DNA of 63,878 bases, the filler included, from an uncultured bacterium (lineage in GTDB: Bacteria; Hinthialibacterota; Hinthialibacteria; Hinthialibacterales; Hinthialibacteraceae), in NCBI GenBank assembly GCA_964449065.1. It is 4 parts of 4 records of this genome, joined end to end, with 100 filler letters (N's around TTAATTAATTAA, not from the genome) between each part and the next. Parts side by side here need not be neighbours in the genome. Positions count along the whole stretch, not along the records: positions 17,034 to 33,917 come from CAYVAZ010000078.1; positions 34,018 to 50,897 come from CAYVAZ010000079.1; 2 more parts are not named here. One strand, written 5' to 3'. This document shows, piece after piece, positions 30,841 through 40,285 of this stretch; positions within the stretch are counted from its first letter, which is position 1, and the number at the start of each line of letters is the position of its first letter. A program made the translations under genes and the position numbers. The notes beneath the pieces are model-generated. The model searched no databases. It saw only the letters and a list, made by a program, of their open reading frames with translations, and was not told where the DNA came from.

Positions 30841-30872
30841 CGCAATCAATTTTTCAAGAAGGAAAAACTATC

Positions 30873-31562
30873 ATGAAGAAAACCGTTGGAAGGAGACGGC
30901 TAATTCAAACAGCCGGTACTGCCATGTTCGTTGGGACCACCACCTCTAGCGTCTTATCTCAAGAAGCAGAGTCAAAGAAAAAAATCATGGGCGTGAATTG
31001 CAGTCCTCGCAAGGGGATGACGACTTCATCTGCACTTGGTGTTTGTTTGCAAGCGGCAAATGTATTTGACCCAAAACTGGAAACGGAACTGATCGAATTG
31101 GCGGATTACAGTATCCCCGCTCAATTGGCTGCCGGTCAGCCTCTGCGGGAAGGTGAAAAAGATGATTTTCCTGAGATCGTGAAGAAACTTAGCGATCCAA
31201 ATGTCATAGGGATCATAGTCGGATCACCCGTTTACTTTGCCAATATGAGTTCGTTATGCAAGGCCTTTTTGGACCGGTGTATCGCCTTTCGAAAAGACGG
31301 GTTCAAATTACGCAACAAAGTCGCCGGGGTCTTGGCCGTAGGCGGCGCCCGGAATGGCGGACAGGAATTGACGATTCGTTCCATTCAATCCGCTTTATTA
31401 TGCCAGGACATGATTATTGTAGGCGATGGAAAACCCACTTCCCGCATCGGCGCTACCCTTTGGAGCCAAGACAACACAATCGATGGCGATTCTTTTGGAA
31501 ACGATACGGCTCAAAATCTTGGAATACGGGTGGCGGAATTGGCGGCCATGATCCACAATTAA
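30873..31562 (+). CDS. Flavodoxin-fold NAD(P)H:FMN reductase / iron-sulfur-flavoprotein family with twin-arginine leader
   Basis: GRRRLIQTAG leader, NCSPRKGMTT, GSPVYFANMS and GGARNGGQE. Confidence 0.85.
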   Translation: MKKTVGRRRLIQTAGTAMFVGTTTSSVLSQEAESKKKIMGVNCSPRKGMTTSSALGVCLQAANVFDPKLETELIELADYSIPAQLAAGQPLREGEKDDFPEIVKKLSDPNVIGIIVGSPVYFANMSSLCKAFLDRCIAFRKDGFKLRNKVAGVLAVGGARNGGQELTIRSIQSALLCQDMIIVGDGKPTSRIGATLWSQDNTIDGDSFGNDTAQNLGIRVAELAAMIHN

Positions 31563-31602
31563 ATGCAGTCTTTACATACCAAACTACAAAAGGACAAAGA
31601 CA

Positions 31603-31920
31603 TTGGATCAAGCGACAAAAAGACAATTGGAACACCGGACAAAAATCATCAAAGCGCTGGCGCATCCCGCCCGGTTGCTGGTCGTTCAGACTCTCGCGGA
31701 AGGGGAACACTGTGTTTGTGAACTTACGGAGTTAATCGGTTATGACATGTCGACTGTTTCAAAACATCTAACTCTTTTAAGAAACGCGGGGATCATTGAA
31801 GATGAGAAACGAGCGAACAAAGTCTTTTATAAACTGAAAACTCCCTGCGTTTTGAATTTTTTGAACTGTGTTGAGCGCGTTCTGGAAGAATCCCGGCAAG
31901 AGACCGTGAGCATGAATTAA
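31603..31920 (+). CDS. ArsR/SmtB family transcriptional regulator
   Basis: KALAHPARL, EHCVCEL and STVSKHL; TTG start with AAGGA RBS. Confidence 0.92.
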   Translation: MDQATKRQLEHRTKIIKALAHPARLLVVQTLAEGEHCVCELTELIGYDMSTVSKHLTLLRNAGIIEDEKRANKVFYKLKTPCVLNFLNCVERVLEESRQETVSMN

Positions 31921-31934
31921 TTTTTTTTTATTTA

Positions 31935-31950
31935 TTGGCAAATTGGCCAA
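31935..31950. promoter_or_regulatory. Possible ArsR operator before the permease
   Basis: TTGGC-N6-GCCAA inverted repeat in the arsR-permease gap. Confidence 0.4.
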
Positions 31951-31971
31951 GTTAGAAACAAGGATATTAGA

Positions 31972-33273
31972 ATGATTTGGAAAACTGAATGGAAAATACT
32001 GGTGGGGATAATCGCGGTATTTTTGGGTTGTTTTTATCTTCCCATTGATATGCCCAGATTTCAAAACGCGCTGCTTGAATCTCTTTATCTGGTGAAATGG
32101 TACGCGCAGGAGCATGTTTTATTATGTCTGGTTCCGGCATTTTTCATCGCGGGCGCGATTGCTGTTTTTATCAGCCAGAACGCGGTCATGAAATACTTGG
32201 GGCCGAAGGCTCCCAAGGTTATGGCTTATGGGGTGGCATCGGTGTCGGGAACGGTCCTGGCAGTTTGTTCCTGCACGGTGCTGCCATTATTTGCGGGCAT
32301 TTACCGAATGGGGGCTGGGCTTGGCCCGGCCACGGCATTCCTTTATTCCGGCCCGGCGATTAATGTGCTGGCGATTGTGCTGACGGCGGCAGTGCTCGGA
32401 GTCGAAATGGGAATCGCAAGAGCGGTGGGCGCGGTGTTGTTCAGCATTGTAATCGGTCTTGCCATGCATTTTATGTTTCGCAAAGAAGAGATGGAGAAAG
32501 CCAACGCGGCGGCGCAGATACCCGAGGCGGAAGTATCCCGGCCGCTCTGGCAGAACGCGCTTTACATGGCGGTGATGGTTGCCATTCTGGTTTTTGCCAA
32601 TTGGGCGAAGCCAGAAAATGAAAGCGGATTCTGGTTTTTGATTTATTCAAGTAAGTGGATCATAACGGGCCTGTTTTCTATCGTATTCGCCATCATGTTA
32701 GTCGTTTGGTTCAAACTCGAATGGTGGAAAACGCTGCTAGCCGGTTCCCCCGCCTTGATCTTGGCTTTTTTGTATCCAAGCAACCCGTTGGCGTCATTTG
32801 TTTCCGGGTTTTTGGGGCTATCCGTCTTGATCAGCACGCGAACGGATGAAATGGGAGAGTGGTTCGAGCAATCCTGGGGATTTGCCAAACAGATTTTACC
32901 ACTCTTGCTATTTGGCGTATTGATCGCGGGTCTCCTACTGGGCCGTCCCGGTGAAGAAGGTCTCATCCCTTCCGGTTGGGTCAGCGCCGCTGTGGGTGGA
33001 AATTCATTGCAAGCCAATTTCTTTGCTTCGGTATTCGGGGCGTTTATGTATTTCGCGACGTTGACGGAAATTCCCATTCTGCAAGGCCTGATTGGCAGCG
33101 GCATGGGCAAGGGGCCGGCGCTTGCTCTATTGTTGGCCGGGCCGGCGTTAAGCCTGCCTAACATGCTTGTCATCCGAAGCGTGCTGGGCACGAAAAAGAC
33201 AGTCGTGTTTGTCTGCCTGGTTGTTGTTATGGCGACTATCAGCGGAATGGTGTATGGACAGTTTTTTACATGA
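31972..33273 (+). CDS. DUF318/ArsP family permease
   Basis: LAVCSCTVLPLF, FLYSGPAIN, MYFATLTEIP and LLAGPALSLP. Confidence 0.9.
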   Translation: MIWKTEWKILVGIIAVFLGCFYLPIDMPRFQNALLESLYLVKWYAQEHVLLCLVPAFFIAGAIAVFISQNAVMKYLGPKAPKVMAYGVASVSGTVLAVCSCTVLPLFAGIYRMGAGLGPATAFLYSGPAINVLAIVLTAAVLGVEMGIARAVGAVLFSIVIGLAMHFMFRKEEMEKANAAAQIPEAEVSRPLWQNALYMAVMVAILVFANWAKPENESGFWFLIYSSKWIITGLFSIVFAIMLVVWFKLEWWKTLLAGSPALILAFLYPSNPLASFVSGFLGLSVLISTRTDEMGEWFEQSWGFAKQILPLLLFGVLIAGLLLGRPGEEGLIPSGWVSAAVGGNSLQANFFASVFGAFMYFATLTEIPILQGLIGSGMGKGPALALLLAGPALSLPNMLVIRSVLGTKKTVVFVCLVVVMATISGMVYGQFFT

Positions 33274-33298
33274 CATCCTCATGATTGGAGGAAAAAAG

Positions 33299-33917
33299 AT
33301 GAATTCAACAAGGAAAAAGACACTGTATTTGATTTTTATGTTGGCCTTCATGGCTTGTATGGTAAGTATGGCTGATGATGAAAAAATGCTTCCCGGCGTT
33401 TGTCCGCCATTTCATTTGTTGGATGAAGAGGGAAATATCATTAATCCAATAAAAGGTATCAATGCGGATAAGCCTTATTCTCCCAAGCAAACGTGCGGAA
33501 AATGCCACGACTATGAGAAAATCACGCAGGGATATCACTTCCAGCAAGGCGCGGGTGAAAAGCCCACACACGATCAATCCGAGCGTGTCCAGTGGGCGCT
33601 CAGTCCGGGCAATTTCGGCGGAACCTGGTGTTCGCCCGCTCCGTTGTACCGATACCTCTCTCCCAAAAAGAATGATTCCGCCGCGACAATGGACATGACC
33701 CCCCAAACCTTTATCACGGCTGGGTGCGGGAAATGCCATCCTGGCGGCGGCCCGATGGAGTATGACCGTGACGGCAAGCGCTACGATCAATGGATGTCAA
33801 ATCCAGATAGCGGCCTTGTTTCCGGTGGTGAAAATGAAATGGACGGCGATTATTACAAAACCAACTGGGATAAAACTGGCGTTATGGAGGCGGATTGCTT
33901 ATTATGCCATCTTCCGG
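33299..33917 (+). CDS. Periplasmic multiheme cytochrome c, 3'-truncated by contig end
   Basis: RBS GGAGG, signal peptide and three CxxCH motifs (CGKCH, CGKCH, CLLCH) before the gap. Confidence 0.85.
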
Positions 33918-34017
33918 NNNNNNNNNNNNNNNNNNNNNNNNNNNNNNNNNNNNNNNNNNNNTTAATTAATTAANNNNNNNNNNNNNNNNNNNNNNNNNNN
34001 NNNNNNNNNNNNNNNNN
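33918..34017. other. Artificial contig linker
   Basis: N44-TTAATTAATTAA-N44. Confidence 0.98.
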
Positions 34018-34020
34018 AGC

Positions 34021-34240
34021 GTACTTCCGGCTCGGCGGGAGCCTCGCCCTCCCAAGGCTCGTTTGCGCGAGTGGGTACGCTTCATTTTGAGCGCATTCTA
34101 CGAATTTGCAGGCTGAAAGCCTGCACCACAATTTTTGACTTTTTCCTATCCGTCATTTACCTGCTGGAAGCCGATGCTACCCGGATTCTATCATAGGTGG
34201 TCACAACCACCCTCAGTGTCTCCACCAAGCTTGGGGGGTG
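34021..34240. repeat. Cluster of REP-like hairpins at contig start
   Basis: GGCTCGGCGGGAGCCTCGCCCTCCC (34029), GCAGGCTGAAAGCCTGC and CTGGAAGCCGATGCTACCC (about 34165). Confidence 0.7.
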
Positions 34241-34346
34241 AAGATATCGCGTTTGCGCATTTGATTCTATAAATCAATGGCATTGCCGCTACATTGGGGG
34301 GAATAGAGGATGAATCATCATTTATTGAAACCGTACCACGAAATTG

Positions 34347-35423
34347 CTAATTCAATTTTGGCGGTTGGATCATTCCTCCACCCAGGATTTCTTCATTTTT
34401 TCCAAACACGACCAATGCTTGACCGGGGGCTACACCATATTGCGGGTTGTCGAACTCAATGGAAAAAGTTGACGTTTTGATGGATGTTATTGTTGCCATG
34501 GCCGGTTCATGGCGGGAACGAATTTTGGCATAGATAGAATCGCCTTCTTTGGGGGGATGAATCCATCTGGCAGCGGTTGCTTGGACTTCAGTGGCGGCGA
34601 GTTCTTCTTGGGTTCCCACAATGACCGCGTTATTGCCAGTATCGATGCGGCTGACATAGAAAGGACCGCCGCTTAAACCGAGGCCTTTACGCTGGCCGAT
34701 AGTATAATTGGTGATGCCATGATGACGTCCGAGTTCATTGCCGTGGGTATCTAAAATCGGGCCTTCTTCTGATTCAATGTGTTGGGATAGAAATTCGCTG
34801 TAAGGTCTTCCCAGTGTAAAGCATATTTCTTGGCTTTCCGGCTTATCGGCGGTGACCAAGCCCAATTTTTTGGCGTATTCACGTACTTCGGCTTTGGTTT
34901 TGTTTCCTAAGGGGAACAGAATTCGTTTTAGCAATTCTGTACGGACGCCATAGAGGTAGTAACTTTGGTCTTTTTGTTTATAGGCTGCACGGTAGAGGTG
35001 GGGTTCACCAATGTCATCGTGTTCTAAGCGTGCGTAATGGCCGCTGGCGACATAGTGGCAGCCTTGTTCATCGGCCATTTCCAACGCTTCTTCATAGCGG
35101 ACAAAGCTGTTGCAGTGTACGCAGGGATTGGGGGTTAGGCCTGATTCGTAACTGCGGATAAAGGGATTGATGACTTTTTTGTGGAATTCGGGAGCGGTGT
35201 TGATGGTGTAGTGTGGAATATTCAGCGCTGCGGCGACTTGTTTGGCGTCGCGCACGTCTCCAAACGAGCAGCAGCCGCCGCTCATGGCGCGGGTTGGCTC
35301 CACGTCTAACTGCTTCATGGTGACGCCGACGAGGTCATAGCCTTGCTCTTGTAGAAGGGCTCCGGCCACGCTGCTATCAACCCCGCCGCTCATTAACAAA
35401 AGGACACTCTTTTTACTGCTCAT
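34347..35423 (-). CDS. mnmA: tRNA 2-thiouridine(34) synthase
   Basis: MSGGVDSSV, TPNPCVHCN, ASGHYAR, KDQSYYL, ESQEICF and YTIGQRKGL. Confidence 0.97.
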   Translation of the reverse strand: MSSKKSVLLLMSGGVDSSVAGALLQEQGYDLVGVTMKQLDVEPTRAMSGGCCSFGDVRDAKQVAAALNIPHYTINTAPEFHKKVINPFIRSYESGLTPNPCVHCNSFVRYEEALEMADEQGCHYVASGHYARLEHDDIGEPHLYRAAYKQKDQSYYLYGVRTELLKRILFPLGNKTKAEVREYAKKLGLVTADKPESQEICFTLGRPYSEFLSQHIESEEGPILDTHGNELGRHHGITNYTIGQRKGLGLSGGPFYVSRIDTGNNAVIVGTQEELAATEVQATAARWIHPPKEGDSIYAKIRSRHEPAMATITSIKTSTFSIEFDNPQYGVAPGQALVVFGKNEEILGGGMIQPPKLN

Positions 35424-35778
35424 TTTTGTTCTTCCGTTATTCCAATATAGGTTCTTGATTGAGTTAATTTAATCGAAGCACCGGCTGGCAGCCAATGCGT
35501 TCCAAAACGATCAAACTCAATATACGAATTTAACCGCGGTTTTTGATGATTATACCATACAAAAAATGAGATGCCCGTTTTCGGTACGAATGGTGGGCTA
35601 CCGGACAAAAGCCGTTCGATTTGGCTTAGAGTTGCTCTCGCTTTGATATAAAGCGTTATGTAGTGTTATTAGAGTGTTTAGCCCATCCTACAATTGAAAC
35701 GGACACTCTGAGTTGCCGTAGGTATTATATCTAATAAGAAGTATCGAAACAGGGAAAATAAATTTGCAAAAATCCGTA

Positions 35779-35814
35779 AAAACAAAAATGCCGTTTCCCT
35801 ATTCAGGAAACGGC
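35779..35814 (-). terminator. Intrinsic terminator
   Basis: GCCGTTTCC-N7-GGAAACGGC then ATTTTTGTTTT on the minus strand. Confidence 0.8.
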
Positions 35815-35983
35815 TTGCAGAAATGTACGGTGTCTTTTCCTCCCCAACTGCGCTTACTGTCCCCTAAGTTCGCTGTTGGTCAATCAGATACTGCGCTATT
35901 GCTAGCTGAATACGGAATACTTCCGTCCCATCACACTGTCAAACAAATGACACCGTATATCAATCAACATAATTTTTAAGAAC
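35779..35983 (-). ncRNA. Candidate structured small RNA or attenuator, family not recognised
   Basis: Promoter TTGCAA-N16-TACTAT on the minus strand, long closing stem (35945-35960 with 35823-35838), internal hairpins and an intrinsic terminator. Confidence 0.5.
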
Positions 35984-35989
35984 TGGTCG

Positions 35990-36017
35990 ATAGTAACAAA
36001 TTTTGAATGGATTGCAA
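35990..36017 (-). promoter_or_regulatory. Sigma70-like promoter
   Basis: -35 TTGCAA (36017-36012), 16-bp spacer, TG-n-TACTAT (35995-35990). Confidence 0.55.
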
Positions 36018-36286
36018 GCCCTAAACACCAATTTTTTAAGAAAGTACGGATGGCAAAATAATTATCGGTTTCTTTTGTGGAAGTTGAGTATAAACCCTTG
36101 TCTTGGTTAGGATTATTTTATAGGATTGACATAAGTATATTGGAATATTGAAGATAATATCAAGAGGCTTGGTATACCCGGTCTATCAATTGAGGTATTC
36201 CAGGTATACAGATATAATAGTATAATTTATTGGAATGCGATGTTCATAACCATGTCATGAAATCAGTTATATAAAGGAGTGCGGTA

Positions 36287-37573
36287 ATGTCATTGTTAAA
36301 AGATAAATTGGGGAATTTGCTTCCCGATTTACGGGAAGAATTAAAGACACTTTCTTCCAATCATGGGGATATTCAGGTATCAACGGTCAGTGTAAAACAA
36401 GTGATTGGGGGAATGCGGGGAGTCGTGAGTTTATTGGGGGAAACCTCTTCTGTGGATCCACAGGAGGGCTTGTATATTCGGGGGACTTCCATCAAGCGGT
36501 TAGCCGATAAAACAGCAGAGGAAATCTTGTTTTTGTTGCTGATAGGCGAGTTGCCCAATGAGCAGGAGCTGGCTGATTTGCGCACGGACTTGCAAAGCCG
36601 GTCAGAAGTCCCCGGGTATGTCTTCAATGCAATCGATGGTATGGAGCCGACCAAGCAACACCCGATGACTCTATTTAGTGCCGGTGTACTGGCGATGCAG
36701 CGGGAATCGGTTTTCGCGCATAAATATGAAGAGGGCATCAGCAAATTTGATTATTGGGAATATTCGTTGGAAGACTATTTGAATATGGTGGCCCGTTTAC
36801 CGGGCATTGCCGCATACGTGTACCGGAAATGCTTTGAAAAAGGCGACCGGATTCCTGGTGATCCATCCCTGAATTGGTCTCCTAACTTTGCCAAGATGCT
36901 TGGGATTGAAGACCCCAAAGGCGAATTCGCGAAATTGATTGAACTGTATATGGTTCTTCATAGCGACCATGGTTCGGGCAATGTGAGCGCGTTCACATCG
37001 TTGGTGATCGGCTCTGCCCTTTCGGATATGTATCTATCTTTCTCCGGCGGCCTGAATGGCTTGGCCGGTCCGCTGCATGGGCTGGCAAATCAGGAATGTT
37101 TACGTTGGCTTCATAAGGTGCAAGAACAGTTTAGCGGTGTACCCAGCGATCAAGAACTACGGGATTTTGTGCACGAAACGCTGGACAGCGGGAATGTGAT
37201 TCCCGGTTACGGCCATGCGGTATTGCGGGTGACGGATCCGCGTTTTGAAGCGTTCCATGAATTCGGAAAGCAATACACGGCTGATGATGAAACATTCAAA
37301 TTGGTGGATAAGATGTTTTCTATCATACCGGAAGAATTAGGAAAGATTGAGAAAATCAGCAATCCCTGGCCGAATGTGGATGCGATATCCGGTTCCCTGC
37401 TATCACATTATGGGTTAACGGAATTTTCGTATTACACCGTACTGTTTGGGGTGTCGCGCGGTTTGGGGATTGGGGCGCAGCATGTGCTGTCGAAGGCGCT
37501 GGGCTTGCCGATTATCCGGCCAAAGGCCGTGAGCATGAAGAAGTTGGAAAAACTGGCGGAAGATGCCGGGTAA
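36287..37573 (+). CDS. gltA: Citrate (Si)-synthase, eukaryote-like type
   Basis: QVIGGMRG, HSDHGSGNVSA, GLAGPLHGLANQE, GYGHAVLRVTDPR and NPWPNVDA; RBS AAGGAG. Confidence 0.93.
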   Translation: MSLLKDKLGNLLPDLREELKTLSSNHGDIQVSTVSVKQVIGGMRGVVSLLGETSSVDPQEGLYIRGTSIKRLADKTAEEILFLLLIGELPNEQELADLRTDLQSRSEVPGYVFNAIDGMEPTKQHPMTLFSAGVLAMQRESVFAHKYEEGISKFDYWEYSLEDYLNMVARLPGIAAYVYRKCFEKGDRIPGDPSLNWSPNFAKMLGIEDPKGEFAKLIELYMVLHSDHGSGNVSAFTSLVIGSALSDMYLSFSGGLNGLAGPLHGLANQECLRWLHKVQEQFSGVPSDQELRDFVHETLDSGNVIPGYGHAVLRVTDPRFEAFHEFGKQYTADDETFKLVDKMFSIIPEELGKIEKISNPWPNVDAISGSLLSHYGLTEFSYYTVLFGVSRGLGIGAQHVLSKALGLPIIRPKAVSMKKLEKLAEDAG

Positions 37574-37613
37574 ATTGTATATTCAATAAGAAATGAAGAT
37601 CGAAAGGCAGGAT

Positions 37614-38117
37614 TTATTTCCTGCCTTTTTTATTATTTTTTCCTTCAAAAATGATTTGGGGATCGAGGTCTTTATTGGCACCGGCCATAGGCATGTTTGA
37701 TCGGAAATCCTTTGGCACAGGGGCAATGTTGATGGCGAAATTTCTTGGATCCACTTCGTTGATGTTGATGGGATATTTCGATAAGACGTTAAGATCCCGG
37801 TTTTGGTTGATTTGCCGGATCATTTGATCCCATTCTTCCCGGCTTAGGTTTTGGGGAATGACTTGGGTCGCGTTATTTTTGGTCGCGTTATTGACGAAGT
37901 TGTTTTTGCGCAGTTGGGGAACGCGTTGGTTTACCACTTGGTTTTCCGCTTGGTTTTTCTTTTGGGGTTCTTGGATGGCGGGTTGCATGGTGATGCGGAT
38001 GAATTTGTCGCCGTCTTCAAAGGTGTAATCGTACTGGTTGTTTGATTGCGAGTTTGTTCCGGATGGAAGACTGGTTGCTAGAAGCAGTAACATCAATGCG
38101 ATCAACAGCTTATGCAT
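37614..38117 (-). CDS. Secreted Asn/Gln-rich hypothetical protein
   Basis: RBS GGAGG and signal peptide MHKLLIALMLLLLA. Confidence 0.65.
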   Translation of the reverse strand: MHKLLIALMLLLLATSLPSGTNSQSNNQYDYTFEDGDKFIRITMQPAIQEPQKKNQAENQVVNQRVPQLRKNNFVNNATKNNATQVIPQNLSREEWDQMIRQINQNRDLNVLSKYPININEVDPRNFAINIAPVPKDFRSNMPMAGANKDLDPQIIFEGKNNKKGRK

Positions 38118-38217
38118 AGTTATCCCTCCACGGTAATCGTCCCTTTTCAATAATAACGTACAACCGAGAGATCTGTTACGTATTTTGTTAAAATTTTGTT
38201 TTGTTAAAATTGTGTGT

Positions 38218-38320
38218 CTATAGCGATTGCCAAAAATATGTTCTGAAGAAAATTCACTGGACTTCCGGCACGGAGGGAGCCTCGCCCTCCCAAAACGTAA
38301 AAACTTTTCGCAACGATTCG
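38218..38320. mobile_element. MITE-like unit (same family as 23665-23928 and 50623-50727)
   Basis: CTATAGCGATTGCCAAAAATATGTTC arm and inner GGGAGCCTCGCCCTCCC; right arm degenerate. Confidence 0.6.
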
Positions 38321-38365
38321 TAACAGGTCAGCGGTATGAAGTGGGAAAAATGGTTTGATTTACTT

Positions 38366-38470
38366 TTTTCCTCCCCCAATGCAATGGGGGAGGTTAGGAG
38401 GGGGTTAAGGCATTTTCTCAAAAAAACGAATCAACCCTCTCCTAACCCCTCCCAGGCTTGGGAGGGGAAA
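38366..38470. repeat. Paired REP-like hairpins; inverted copy at about 46657-46697
   Basis: CTCCCCCAATGCAATGGGGGAGGTTAGGAGGGG and CCCTCTCCTAACCCCTCCCAGGCTTGGGAGGGG. Confidence 0.7.
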
Positions 38471-38504
38471 TCTCTCATCAAACGGCTGACATATTACAAC
38501 GACT

Positions 38505-38945
38505 CTATATTGAACGATCAACTTTTTCCATCTGAAATCCACCTTGGTTATATTGACTTTTGTATTTGCCTGTAAATGTATCTCCCTGAGCGATGCCTTG
38601 CCAATGATATACGCCGCCGTTTTCTTCTCCTAAATCAACGGCGCCACTGAAAACGACTGTATTTCCTTGCTTTTCTCCTTGGATGTCAAAGGTGTATAAG
38701 GTTCGCTGGCCATACTCCGCGTCGAATGTCGCTGTCCATTGATTTTGACCGATGGGAACACAAACACAGGATAGTCTTTGCCCTTCGGATTCCTTGCCGG
38801 CATACCACCATATTCCTTCCCATTTTCCGGCGACGGTTACCGGTTGTTCCGGATCTTCAATCTGGGATTTTTGTGATGTTGAGCATGAAGCAGCCAATAG
38901 GCATATGGTAAATAGAAAAAAGGTACTCCATTTAGAGATTTGCAT
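38505..38945 (-). CDS. Hypothetical lipoprotein (beta-barrel-like)
   Basis: Lipobox-like LAASC, then GKWEGIW and a beta-rich domain. Confidence 0.7.
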   Translation of the reverse strand: MQISKWSTFFLFTICLLAASCSTSQKSQIEDPEQPVTVAGKWEGIWWYAGKESEGQRLSCVCVPIGQNQWTATFDAEYGQRTLYTFDIQGEKQGNTVVFSGAVDLGEENGGVYHWQGIAQGDTFTGKYKSQYNQGGFQMEKVDRSI

Positions 38946-38984
38946 GGTTGGCTCCAAAACACAATACAGTATTTAACGGCGAAT

Positions 38985-39012
38985 AAAAAAGGGACACGGA
39001 CGCGCCCCTTTT
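38985..39012 (-). terminator. Terminator after nuoD
   Basis: On the minus strand AAAAGGGGCGCG-TC-CGTGTCCCTTTT followed by a T-run. Confidence 0.65.
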
Positions 39013-39031
39013 ATAAGAGTAGATTGTAAGA

Positions 39032-40258
39032 TTACCGGTCGCAATCACCGAGGACGAGGTCGATGGTACCGATGCAGGCCACGATGTCGGCTACGGTGTG
39101 TCCAACCGCCATTTCCGGAAGGGCGCTGAGATTGACAAAGCTGGGAGAGCGGATGCGCAAGCGTTTTGGATATCCTGTTCCGTTGCTGACTACATAGAAC
39201 CCTAACTCTCCTTTTGGTGCTTCGATGGGTGAGTAGACTTCACCTTCGGGCACTTTTACGCCTTCCGAGGCGAGCAAGAAGTGGTGAATAAGGGATTCCA
39301 TGGAATCTTCCAGTTCATTCCGGTCCGGGAAAGAGACTTTGTGATCTTCGTATTTAATGGGGCCGTCCGGCAGTTTATCCAAGGCTTGTTGGATGAGGTT
39401 TCTGGCTTGGCGCATTTCTTCCATACGAACTAAATAGCGGTCGAATGTGTCTCCGGTTTCGCCTAAAGGGACATCGAATTCGAGATCGTTGTAAGCCATA
39501 TAGGCATTATCGCGGCGTAAATCGACATCCACTCCACTGCCTCGCAAGCAGGCGCCGGTAAGACCGAATTCAATGGCTTTTTCGGCGGAAATCACTCCGA
39601 TTCCTTCGGTGCGCATCCGCCAAATTTTGTTGTTAGTTAAGAGGGTTTCGTATTCATCGATTTTGACTTTAAAATCATCGATAAAGGCTTGAACTTGGGA
39701 CTTGAAGTAATCCGGCACATCCACCGAGACGCCGCCGACGCGCATGTAGGATACAGTAAAGCGGGCGCCGCAAACTTCTTCGTAAATATCGTAGATGGTT
39801 TCACGCTCGCGGAAGCAGTAGAGGAAGACGGACATCGCTCCAATATCAAGCGCTTGTGTTCCCAGCCAAAGCAGGTGGGATGAGATTCTCGCCAGTTCGC
39901 ACAAGATGACACGGATGTATTGCGCGCGCGGCGGCACTTCGATGCCGAGCAGTTTTTCCGTTGCCAGGGTGACGCCGGTGTTGTTGGACATGGGTGACAT
40001 GTAATCCAAGCGGTCGGTAAAGGGGATGAATTTGTGGTAGCCTTTGGATTCGGCCAATTTTTCCATCCCGCGGTGTAAGTAGCCGATATCAGGGATGACG
40101 TTGCGGACTTCTTCGCCGTCGAGTTCAATAACCAACCGCAACACGCCGTGGGTGCTGGGATGTTGCGGGCCCATATTGAGCACCATATATTCTTCATGTT
40201 CGGACTTTGCTTTGGTTGATATAGCTGTATCGGTATGGAATTCTGTTTTATACGGCAT
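39032..40258 (-). CDS. nuoD: NADH-quinone oxidoreductase subunit D
   Basis: NMGPQHPSTHGVLRL, GYLHRGMEK, EAPKGELG and GDCDR. Confidence 0.97.
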   Translation of the reverse strand: MPYKTEFHTDTAISTKAKSEHEEYMVLNMGPQHPSTHGVLRLVIELDGEEVRNVIPDIGYLHRGMEKLAESKGYHKFIPFTDRLDYMSPMSNNTGVTLATEKLLGIEVPPRAQYIRVILCELARISSHLLWLGTQALDIGAMSVFLYCFRERETIYDIYEEVCGARFTVSYMRVGGVSVDVPDYFKSQVQAFIDDFKVKIDEYETLLTNNKIWRMRTEGIGVISAEKAIEFGLTGACLRGSGVDVDLRRDNAYMAYNDLEFDVPLGETGDTFDRYLVRMEEMRQARNLIQQALDKLPDGPIKYEDHKVSFPDRNELEDSMESLIHHFLLASEGVKVPEGEVYSPIEAPKGELGFYVVSNGTGYPKRLRIRSPSFVNLSALPEMAVGHTVADIVACIGTIDLVLGDCDR

Positions 40259-40285
40259 GGTGATTGTCCCTCAATTATTCGTCTG

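Noticed and set aside
38174..38218. TGTTAA-like repeats upstream of the 37614-38117 gene as a second Pho-like box
   Set aside because: Spacing is irregular (12, 11, 5, 11) and matches are degenerate.
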